From NCBI GenBank assembly GCA_964547855.1, contig CAZJPG010000006.1, forward strand, positions 1,660-65,659: a stretch of 64,000 nt of DNA, in the 5' to 3' direction. A program made the position numbers and the translations under genes. Source of the stretch: an uncultured Gammaproteobacteria bacterium. Lineage in GTDB: Bacteria; Patescibacteriota; Patescibacteriia; Patescibacteriales; WJLG01. Below, piece by piece: positions 18,251 to 26,209 of the stretch. The stretch's first letter is position 1; each line of letters begins with the position of its first letter. A model generated the notes under the pieces. The model worked only from the letters and a program-made list of their open reading frames with translations, was not told where the DNA came from and searched no databases.

Positions 18251-19042
18251 ATGAGTGGAGGAGTATTTCTTTTGAATCAAAAAAGTAGAAGAAGCTTAGA
18301 GGATTACCTTCGTCCCAGTAGGAAGATGTTATATTTGGGAGGTATTTTTTCGACCTTGACCCTAATTTTTTGGGTAGCCTGGTCCGCCTGCTTTGGCAAA
18401 GTGCCGATCATAACGAGCTTTCCTGATTTGCATGGAGGCCATTGGTATCTTCCATTTGATATATCAATGTGGTTGTCGATTCCTTATGTTGGTCTAATGG
18501 CTGCTTTTATAGCTTTCCTGTTCCACGAGGCGTGGTCGAATGTTGATTTGTCATCACTGGGGACATCCGTATTTTTAACACCATTCGCAGCTGGAGGCGC
18601 CGGTTTTTGCTTTAGCGTCGTGGCTGGGTGGTTCGATAAGATATTCATTGATGCGGATATTTTGCCTGGTGTCGATCTTGGTGGGGCGATAGCCTTAAGC
18701 TCTTTTACTGTTTTTGTGGTGTTGCTTTTATTTTTAAAGGTTTTTAAGATAATAGATTTTGAAGTTTGGCATATTCAAGATTGGGCACTAATGTCGTTAT
18801 ATGGTCTAGCTAGCGGTTTTGGTATTGTTTTTGGTCTCTCAATAATGGGAGTTATAAGTGATGGGATGGCCTCTACTGGACCATTGAGCATGATCATGAT
18901 GGGCGTGGCCTTTGCTTGCTTGACTCCATTCGCATTATTTCTAGTGTTATTGATAGCAGCATGCTTGATCGGTCCTTTCATCTCTATTGGTGTTCTTTTG
19001 TTAAAAGCTATAGTGTCAATATCGAATTCTGTAAGTGGTTGA
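18251..19042 (+). CDS. Hypothetical polytopic membrane protein
   Basis: 263 aa with multiple hydrophobic helices. SD gggga upstream, terminator downstream. Confidence 0.5.
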   Translation: MSGGVFLLNQKSRRSLEDYLRPSRKMLYLGGIFSTLTLIFWVAWSACFGKVPIITSFPDLHGGHWYLPFDISMWLSIPYVGLMAAFIAFLFHEAWSNVDLSSLGTSVFLTPFAAGGAGFCFSVVAGWFDKIFIDADILPGVDLGGAIALSSFTVFVVLLLFLKVFKIIDFEVWHIQDWALMSLYGLASGFGIVFGLSIMGVISDGMASTGPLSMIMMGVAFACLTPFALFLVLLIAACLIGPFISIGVLLLKAIVSISNSVSG

Positions 19043-19101
19043 TATTTTTGAGCATCAAGTTCCTTGAGTGGACTTGATGTTTTTTATTTTCCGCCATTAG
19101 G

Positions 19102-19110
19102 TGTTATAAT
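19102..19110 (+). promoter_or_regulatory. Extended -10 box (TGTTATAAT) with leaderless geometry
   Basis: The ATG of the 19119 gene starts 8 nt after the -10 hexamer. No SD is possible. Confidence 0.45.
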
Positions 19111-19118
19111 ACATACTT

Positions 19119-19814
19119 ATGTTGTTAGGTGGTAAAAAAATAATCATTTTTTCTGTAGCAGCTATAGGTTTTTTAGTTGCTGTTTATGGTTCTTATCTTT
19201 ATTTGCGCTCGACGGCACCACAAAGACAGAGACGTGCCGAGCTGGCCGCTGTCGAAGTGCGTGAATATCAAGGGCAGAATCTTTCTTCGGTCAATGATTT
19301 TCGTGAGAATTCCATAGCTGGTCCGCAACATGTCGATCGGGAAAATTATCGTTTGAAAATAAAGGGTTTACCATCAGGAGATAAAGAAATGACCTATCAA
19401 GAGGTCCTAAGCCTCCCGACTTATAAAAAAATCGTCACCCTAAATTGTGTAGAGGGGTGGAGTGCTAAAATACTTTGGGAGGGGGTGTTAATTAAAGATC
19501 TTTTTGGTAATGAGATCTTTCCTTCTGAAGATAAGGTGGTGATTTTTCGATCGGTCGACGGTTATTCGACGTCGCTACCCTTAGATTATGTTTTGAACAA
19601 CAATATAATAATGGCTTTTAAGATGAACGACATAGAGATCCCTCCAGAAAGAGGTTTTCCATTTCAGGTCGTAGCCGAGAGTAAATACGGATATAAGTGG
19701 GCTAAATGGATCAATGAGATCGAGCTATCTTCTGATGAGGGATTTAAAGGGTTCTGGGAGCAGAGAGGATTCTCTGATACGGCAGATATAAATGACAATT
19801 CTTTGGCTAAATAA
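19119..19814 (+). CDS. Molybdopterin-binding oxidoreductase domain protein (MsrP/YedY / sulfite-oxidase family-like)
   Basis: N-terminal TM helix. LNCVEGWSAKILWEGVLIKDL and GFPFQVVAESKYGYKWAKW match the oxidoreductase molybdopterin-binding fold. Confidence 0.6.
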   Translation: MLLGGKKIIIFSVAAIGFLVAVYGSYLYLRSTAPQRQRRAELAAVEVREYQGQNLSSVNDFRENSIAGPQHVDRENYRLKIKGLPSGDKEMTYQEVLSLPTYKKIVTLNCVEGWSAKILWEGVLIKDLFGNEIFPSEDKVVIFRSVDGYSTSLPLDYVLNNNIIMAFKMNDIEIPPERGFPFQVVAESKYGYKWAKWINEIELSSDEGFKGFWEQRGFSDTADINDNSLAK

Positions 19815-19820
19815 AAAATT

Positions 19821-20042
19821 ATGTGGAACAAAATAAGAAAGACGATCAATTGGCTTCTTCTTGCCGTTTCTGCTGGCTTATTGATAAGCGGCTATAGCAT
19901 GGTAAATTTTCGAATCATGAGTCCGATATTTGGAGGATTATTGGAAAAATCAGACCTTTTTAAAATACATACGAGCTTGGCAATATGCTTTATTTTTTTG
20001 ATCTTGTTGCATGTAATAAGAATGCGGCCAAAGAAACAATAA
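19821..20042 (+). CDS. Small two-TM membrane protein (possible MsrQ-like/DUF4405-like partner)
   Basis: 73 aa, starts 6 nt after the upstream gene. Two TM helices with His residues (KIHTSL, LLHV). Confidence 0.4.
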   Translation: MWNKIRKTINWLLLAVSAGLLISGYSMVNFRIMSPIFGGLLEKSDLFKIHTSLAICFIFLILLHVIRMRPKKQ

Positions 20043-20157
20043 TAAAGATTCCGGCAAAATAGCCGGATTTTTATATTTGACAATCAACTTTGCTTAATAT
20101 AAAATCAATTAGAATTGATCAAGATTTTGTTTTTTCAAATTCGAAAGGAGTTTGCTT

Positions 20158-20430
20158 ATGGTGGCAAGCAAAGAGATGTCGGAGAAGGAATGTCGCAACC
20201 CCGGATGCAGCGGAAAGGTGAGTACGCTTGACGATAATGCTATTCCTTTTTCCGGTTGCGCTTGTCTAACAGAGGTCTATCCGTGCAGTATTTGTGGTTT
20301 AGTCCACCATGAAGATGGTCGCTATATTCACGATCGCACAGACTTGTCTATCGGTCTTTTTTATCGAAGTGGGCGCTTTAACAAAAGGCCAATCAATAAA
20401 AAAGAGGGAAAAAATAAAAAGAAGGCATAA
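20158..20430 (+). CDS. Small Cys-rich (zinc-ribbon-like) protein with a basic tail
   Basis: SD aaaggag 7 nt before the ATG. CRNPGC...C.C...CSIC cysteine pairs. Terminator at ~20455-20492. Confidence 0.5.
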   Translation: MVASKEMSEKECRNPGCSGKVSTLDDNAIPFSGCACLTEVYPCSICGLVHHEDGRYIHDRTDLSIGLFYRSGRFNKRPINKKEGKNKKKA

Positions 20431-20519
20431 GCCAAAATGTTGGATTTTTTACGAAAAGACCGTCTCCTAAAAATGGAAGACGGTCATTTTTTATGATGAA
20501 TATATTTTTCAAAGAATGC

Positions 20520-21353
20520 TTACTGCTGATCCCTACCTTCTCTTATTTTTTGCGAGAAATTCAAGGATTCTCGAAACATGTCGGCTCGATCGTTTACTTT
20601 GTAATTTTTTCTAGTCTCACTGATCGGACCGTTTATGTTTAGAAGATCTAGCTCAAAAGCCAGTTCATCGGATTTACTTGGATATAAGACGCGCATGTCA
20701 AATCGAACTTTACCTGGCGTGACTTCGTTGATGCGATCAGCTAAGTTTGTGGAACATGAGTTAAAGAAGGTATTATAGAATTCCGGCTTATCGTATAGGT
20801 CGTTAGCCTTATTGAGCATGCCTATGAATAATTTTTGAGCATTCTCCTTTGATACCTTGGCAGGATAGACATAAACGTCGTCTAGGCGATAGTTGGCGCG
20901 AACTCCGATCACGTCGCGCTCGTCCGCTATGACATACATCAATTCGTATTTATTAAATAGGCCGTTAAGGGCGGTATATGACTGATCTTTTTCTCGGCGG
21001 GCCTCTGGTGAAATAGCGACGTATCGTCCATCAGAAAAACCGAAAGACAGAAATACATGGGCAGCCCCTGGCAACGAAGAGAAGGGGACCATTATAAAAT
21101 CAACTGTCTCTAACTTGCCCAGGTCGAAGGTCGCGTCATAATAATTGGGGTCGTATTCAGTGGCACTACGATAGAAAAAGTTTCGTATATCATGAATGGT
21201 TATGGAGTTGCCATTTATTTCGGCGTAAGGCATTACAGCTTGATCAATAGCCCAGTCTTTGTCGTTCGTTGGGTGCCCGCCCTTAACTATTAAAAACCAG
21301 TATGCGCTAGATAAAACTAGCAGCAATAAGAATAATTTAAAAAGTGTTTTCAT
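20520..21353 (-). CDS. DUF4105-domain protein (Lnb N-terminal-like), secreted or anchored
   Basis: Signal/TM N-terminus. DKDWAIDQAVMPYAEINGNSITIHDIRNF...AHVFLSFGF pattern typical of DUF4105. Confidence 0.65.
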   Translation of the reverse strand: MKTLFKLFLLLLVLSSAYWFLIVKGGHPTNDKDWAIDQAVMPYAEINGNSITIHDIRNFFYRSATEYDPNYYDATFDLGKLETVDFIMVPFSSLPGAAHVFLSFGFSDGRYVAISPEARREKDQSYTALNGLFNKYELMYVIADERDVIGVRANYRLDDVYVYPAKVSKENAQKLFIGMLNKANDLYDKPEFYNTFFNSCSTNLADRINEVTPGKVRFDMRVLYPSKSDELAFELDLLNINGPISETRKNYKVNDRADMFRESLNFSQKIREGRDQQ

Positions 21354-21473
21354 ATCTTTTTATTATAGCACATAAAATGGCGACCTAATCATTTGATTGA
21401 CGTTTTCATTATTACTTGTTAGTTTGTTATTTCGCACATTGACCTTAAAATAAATTTCGAAAAGGAGCTTAAA

Positions 21474-22523
21474 TTGGCACATGAATATTCTGAAAAAAAT
21501 TGTATGTCGATCCTGCCATGGGTCAATTTGACCTATGAATGTATTTTTTCTTGTCCCCACTGTTATTCATGCCCATCGAATGATCATTACTTCATGAGTG
21601 ATGAAGTATTCAGTGATATCATGAATCTGTTGTCTGATATGGCTGTGCGTCGAATGCTTTTTTCTGGTGGAGAGCCAACTCTTCATCCAAAATTCATTTC
21701 AATGCTGGCTCGCTGCAAATCAATGCATATAAAGTCCATGGTCAATAGTAATGGTCTTGCCTTCGCTGATCCGACTTTTACGGAAACGGCTATTGGTAAC
21801 GGTCTTTCGTTGGCTAATATATCCCTTAAAGCGGTTAATAGGAATGATTTCGTCTCTATTACTGGTTTTGATGGCTTTGAACTTCAGTGCAAAGCCATCC
21901 GTAATCTAATATCTTATCAGAAATTGTCGCTAATAGTCAGTCTGACCCTTAATCGCTATTTGATGGAAAATTTTCGTGAAGCGATAGATTTGATGCAGAG
22001 TCTGGGGGTTAAATCAACGGCTGTTAATGTGGCTAAGGCTATAGAGGGAAGCGATCATACTGGCGGCGGAACCATTGTTTCGGATAAGGAGGCGGTTGAA
22101 TTCATTATTGATAATTCAAACCTTCTTTCTGACAGTGGACTGGATTATACGTTGCGTTTGGACATGCCTCTTTGTCTGTTTAGAGGTAAGGGGATGAATA
22201 AGCGCCTATCCATGCTCAATGTGTTGACCAATTGCTTCTTTCGTAATAATAATTCGTTGATTTTTGATCCGCATGGCAATTTAATACCGTGCAATATCAT
22301 GACTTCCGAAATACTTGGCAAAATCGGTACGGATTTTTCTACCGCAGCTGAATACCGAGCCTTTTTGCACCGTCATGATATAAAGGAGCGACTAGACGGA
22401 TTAAAAGGTAGAGAACAAGAATGCGAATCGTGCGAGCTTAGTCATAAATGCTGCCGAGGTTGCTCTGCCATGAAGCGTAATACTGGGAATTATTTTGTGG
22501 AAACTGGTTTCTGCTATGGTTGA
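21474..22523 (+). CDS. Radical SAM enzyme with a complete SPASM domain (peptide/protein maturase type)
   Basis: CxxxCxxC (CIFSCPHC). C-terminal CX13GX4C (CFFRNNNSLIFDPHGNLIPC) and CX2CX5CX3C (CESCELSHKCCRGC). TTG start with an aggag SD. Confidence 0.8.
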   Translation: MAHEYSEKNCMSILPWVNLTYECIFSCPHCYSCPSNDHYFMSDEVFSDIMNLLSDMAVRRMLFSGGEPTLHPKFISMLARCKSMHIKSMVNSNGLAFADPTFTETAIGNGLSLANISLKAVNRNDFVSITGFDGFELQCKAIRNLISYQKLSLIVSLTLNRYLMENFREAIDLMQSLGVKSTAVNVAKAIEGSDHTGGGTIVSDKEAVEFIIDNSNLLSDSGLDYTLRLDMPLCLFRGKGMNKRLSMLNVLTNCFFRNNNSLIFDPHGNLIPCNIMTSEILGKIGTDFSTAAEYRAFLHRHDIKERLDGLKGREQECESCELSHKCCRGCSAMKRNTGNYFVETGFCYG

Positions 22524-22571
22524 TCTTTGAACGGCCGAATCGTTTTATACGATCGGCTGTTTTTTATTTTT

Positions 22572-23351
22572 TTATTGTTGGCCCATTTCTTCTTTTTTTT
22601 CTTTTATCGCTTCGGTCGCTTCCCTGACCTGTTTCTCCAGTTTTTTTATGTTAGCCTTATCTTCTTCTTTTTTTTCTTCTTTGGCGATTTTTTCCTCGGC
22701 TTTGATATTTTTTTCTACGGAATCCTTGACTTCAAAGAATTTCATCAATGAAAAGACAACCATTGAGGCAAAGACTATTCCTAACAAGTTGATGCCGAAC
22801 ATCTCTCCTGCATTAACGGCCAATTTCCAGTCGAGCATAGAGAGACCGATGCCAGCGGCGACCAATGGTGGCAATAGCGAGACCGAGATGGCTACACCTG
22901 GGACCACGTCAGATATATTGTCTTTGGTTATTACGTAGGCCACGGCTACGCCGGAAAATAGGGCCACAAGGAAGTATGCTAAGCTTGGGTAAGTGTGGGA
23001 TAGTAAACTTCCCAACATTTGTTTTTCTGGCATGAGGACCGCTACGGAAAAAGAAACTATTAGGGTTAAAATGATCGCGCGCAGTATGACCAAGGAAGAC
23101 CTTTCAATCAGTTTTAACTCTCCAACGACTAACCCCATCCCTAAACAAAGCATTGGAAATAACATAGGTGCCACCAACATGCCACCTATAACTATGGCAA
23201 CATTGTCGAGTGTTAGTCCTAGAGTAGTTATTAGTGTTGATATTATAAGCAAAAGAAAAAAATCAAAACTAGGAGCGCTTTGTTCGAATAATCTATCAAC
23301 TGTTATCCGTTTTTGTTTTTTAGTGGTTTTTTCTGGCTTAACAAAAAGCAT
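22572..23351 (-). CDS. DUF389-family membrane protein with a K/E-rich C-terminal tail
   Basis: Multi-TM core (LGLTLDNVAIVIGGMLVAPMLFPM). The lysine/glutamate tail explains the T-rich + strand at 22572-22700. Confidence 0.7.
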   Translation of the reverse strand: MLFVKPEKTTKKQKRITVDRLFEQSAPSFDFFLLLIISTLITTLGLTLDNVAIVIGGMLVAPMLFPMLCLGMGLVVGELKLIERSSLVILRAIILTLIVSFSVAVLMPEKQMLGSLLSHTYPSLAYFLVALFSGVAVAYVITKDNISDVVPGVAISVSLLPPLVAAGIGLSMLDWKLAVNAGEMFGINLLGIVFASMVVFSLMKFFEVKDSVEKNIKAEEKIAKEEKKEEDKANIKKLEKQVREATEAIKEKKEEMGQQ

Positions 23352-23463
23352 AGGCTTTAAGATGATATATTTTTATATATTAATTATAGCATAAATATGT
23401 GTTTTTGGAAATAAAAAATCGGAACCTTTTGGTTGTGGTTCCGATCGTAATCATCAAAATGAT

Positions 23464-23775
23464 TTACGGTTTTTTTGGGGTCGACCTATTGGAAAAATGT
23501 GAGGTCTCTTCTTCTGTCAAGAAATTATTGGGTGGCCCGGCATTATCGACTGATACGTACATGGTCCAAAAAAGCGAGACTGAAGCGATGAGGGCCGGAA
23601 TCCAGAGTGGTGGGGCCACTATTTCTTTTATTGGCAACGCGATCAGCGTGGCATATGTTCCAAGAATCAATAATGAAATGAGGTTTATGACCTTTTGATA
23701 GGTTTTAGCCTCTGTCATTGTGATTAGCGGTAGGAGTGAGGCTATCGCCAATAAGACAATTTTGACTATTTCCAT
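23464..23775 (-). CDS. Hypothetical small membrane protein
   Basis: Three hydrophobic helices from MEIVKIVLLAIASLL. Minus-strand terminator hairpin at ~23410-23450. Confidence 0.45.
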   Translation of the reverse strand: MEIVKIVLLAIASLLPLITMTEAKTYQKVINLISLLILGTYATLIALPIKEIVAPPLWIPALIASVSLFWTMYVSVDNAGPPNNFLTEEETSHFSNRSTPKKP

Positions 23776-23903
23776 TTTTACCCCTAACTTGTGAAAGGTG
23801 AAAAAGAGCTTTGATTGGTATATTACAGTAAGAGGTCTTTTTGTCAAATATAATGTTGTTTGATTGTCAAAATAAACTTTTTGTGTTATATTATACTTTC
23901 TTT

Positions 23904-25745
23904 ATGAATAAAAATATTAAAAATAATATAAAATTAGAGCTTTTATCGCCGGCCAAGGATTTAGAGTGTGGTAAGTTGGCCATCCTATCTGGGGCCGACG
24001 CTGTTTATATTGGTGGGCCGGATTTTTCTGCTCGGGCCGCTGCCAGTAATCACTGGGATGATATCCAAAAACTAGTTGAATTTGCGCACGGGTATTACGC
24101 TAGGGTGTATTTAGCTTTGAATACAATTCTTTTCGACAACGAACTCTCTGCTGCCAAAAAATCCATCGAAAAGGCCTATGAGATCGGGGTGGATGCTGTT
24201 ATTATTCAGGATTTGGGGATTTTAAAAATGGATTTGCCGCCGATACGTTTATTCGCCTCTACACAAACTAATAATTATGAGCTGAATAGGATCAAGTTTT
24301 TATCCGAGGCTGGTTTGGAGCGCATAATTTTGGCTAGGGAATTATCGTTAAAGGAAATATCCGATATCGGCAAGGAGCTGCCTCGTTCGGTGGAGCTAGA
24401 GTCTTTTGTTCATGGAGCTTTGTGCGTGTCTTTGTCTGGACAGTGTTATTTTTCGCAAGCCATCTCTGGGCGCAGCGCCAATCGAGGTCGTTGTCAGCAG
24501 ATTTGTCGTTTACCGTTCGATTTGATCGATGGCGATGGTAAGGTCTTGGTCAAGGATAAATATCTTTTATCACTTAAGGATTTGAATCTTTCTGAGCACT
24601 TAAAAGAGCTGACTGAAGCTGGTGTAACATCTTTTAAGATAGAAGGTCGACTAAAAGACGCTTCTTATGTTGGCAATGTCACTGCTTATTATCGACGCAA
24701 ACTTGATGAGCTAATAGATGGTAGCTGCGGAAAATACGATAGATCTTCTTCTGGCCGGATAGAATTGAATTATGAACCTGACTTAAATAAGACTTTTAAT
24801 CGCGGTTATACGGAATATTTTTTTAATGATCGGCAAGAACAAGTCATTTCGCCAAATAATCAAAAATCCCTTGGTGAGATGATCGGTGTCGTTGATAGTG
24901 TTGAGGGGTCTTATTTTACGATTGGCGATAAAAACGATTTGAAGAATGGAGATGGTATTTGTTGGCTCACTGCCCAGGGTGAGCTTATTGGTACGAATAT
25001 AAATACCGTTAAGGAGGGGAGGATATACCCCAATCATTCTACTCCTTTTAAGGGTGCTGAGATATATCGTAATCAAAATTCGACTTTCGAGAGAGCTGTT
25101 GTCTCTGGGGCGGATCGTCGAGTTGCCATAGATTGGGCTATCGGGGAAAGTGGCAGCGGTTTTAGAATAGGGGTTAAAGACGAGGATGGTAACTGCACAG
25201 CTATTGATTTTGAACATAAGAAGATACTAGCTGAAAAAGAAGATGTGGCGATCGATAATTGGCGCAAGCAGTTATCTAAAATAGGTGAGACGATATTTTA
25301 TGTTCGCAATGTTGATTTTAAATGGCATAAACCATTTTTCGTTCCACTTTCGATGTTGAATCAATGGCGCCGGAGAGCAGTGGATGAGCTTTTGTCGGTT
25401 CGTGCTAAGAATTATCCTTTTAAAAGAAGAGCGGCTACTGAAAAAGATAAAAAAATTATAGATAATGAAATTATAGATAGTTCATATAATGTCTCTAATA
25501 GGTTGGCTGAGGATTTTTATAAAGAATCTGGGGCAAAATCGATCGAACCAGCTTTTGAAAAAAGAGGAGATGTTCCAAATGGGTATTTAATGACGACCAA
25601 GCATTGTTTAAAGCATTGGCTTGGAGCCTGCTCAAAGGGTGGTAATGAGTTAAAACTCAAGGAGCCATTATATCTTGTTCGTGATGGTAAAAAATATGAA
25701 CTATCTTTCGATTGTCGCGATTGTAAAATGAAGATAAAGAAATAG
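23904..25745 (+). CDS. Peptidase U32 family protein (YhbU/YegQ-like)
   Basis: LELLSPAKDLECGKLAILSGADAVYIGG and ESFVHGALCVSLSGQCYFS motifs. The start is placed at MNKNIKNN. Confidence 0.85.
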   Translation: MNKNIKNNIKLELLSPAKDLECGKLAILSGADAVYIGGPDFSARAAASNHWDDIQKLVEFAHGYYARVYLALNTILFDNELSAAKKSIEKAYEIGVDAVIIQDLGILKMDLPPIRLFASTQTNNYELNRIKFLSEAGLERIILARELSLKEISDIGKELPRSVELESFVHGALCVSLSGQCYFSQAISGRSANRGRCQQICRLPFDLIDGDGKVLVKDKYLLSLKDLNLSEHLKELTEAGVTSFKIEGRLKDASYVGNVTAYYRRKLDELIDGSCGKYDRSSSGRIELNYEPDLNKTFNRGYTEYFFNDRQEQVISPNNQKSLGEMIGVVDSVEGSYFTIGDKNDLKNGDGICWLTAQGELIGTNINTVKEGRIYPNHSTPFKGAEIYRNQNSTFERAVVSGADRRVAIDWAIGESGSGFRIGVKDEDGNCTAIDFEHKKILAEKEDVAIDNWRKQLSKIGETIFYVRNVDFKWHKPFFVPLSMLNQWRRRAVDELLSVRAKNYPFKRRAATEKDKKIIDNEIIDSSYNVSNRLAEDFYKESGAKSIEPAFEKRGDVPNGYLMTTKHCLKHWLGACSKGGNELKLKEPLYLVRDGKKYELSFDCRDCKMKIKK

Positions 25746-25787
25746 GATATTTTTTTATTTTGTTAGGAATGGTGTTATAATATGGAG

Positions 25788-26141
25788 ATGAAAAAGAACA
25801 AAGAAGATTCATATCTTAGTATAGAAATGGCTTTGGCCACTTCTTGGCGTCGCTCTGGGGTGAAGAGTAAGCGCGCCCTGCTGGATGCGTTCGAAAAAAG
25901 AATATCTTTTCTGCAACATGAGAGGATGATACATCTTTTTGTCACTCTTTTTTTTGGCGGTGTTTCGTTGTTCTCTGGCTGGGTCGTCTTAATAAGTGTA
26001 AGTTTGTATTTCCCGATTATTTTCTTGATTTTGCTCATCACCACTGTTTTTTATGTGGTGCATTATTACCGACTAGAGAATACTTGCCAGAGATGGCAGG
26101 GCTTGGCGATGAAATTAGAAGAGGAACTAATTAAGAAGTGA
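25788..26141 (+). CDS. Hypothetical two-TM membrane protein
   Basis: The ATG is 6 nt after the TGTTATAAT box at 25773-25781 (leaderless geometry). Two TM helices. Confidence 0.5.
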   Translation: MKKNKEDSYLSIEMALATSWRRSGVKSKRALLDAFEKRISFLQHERMIHLFVTLFFGGVSLFSGWVVLISVSLYFPIIFLILLITTVFYVVHYYRLENTCQRWQGLAMKLEEELIKK

Positions 26142-26209
26142 ACAAAATGCCCTTTGAAGTGGTGGGCATTTTTTGTTTAGGTTTAAACAAAAAACAATAA
26201 AATAAAAAT

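Noticed and set aside
22527-22751. Phe-rich 74-aa + strand ORF and the T-rich low-complexity tract.
   Set aside because: It is the mirror image of the Lys/Glu-rich C-terminal tail of the minus-strand DUF389 gene (22572-23351), not an independent gene or repeat element.
23399-23698. 99-aa + strand ORF opposite the 23464-23775 membrane-protein ORF.
   Set aside because: The minus-strand frame gives clean TM helices and is followed by a minus-strand terminator. The + frame has no start signals.
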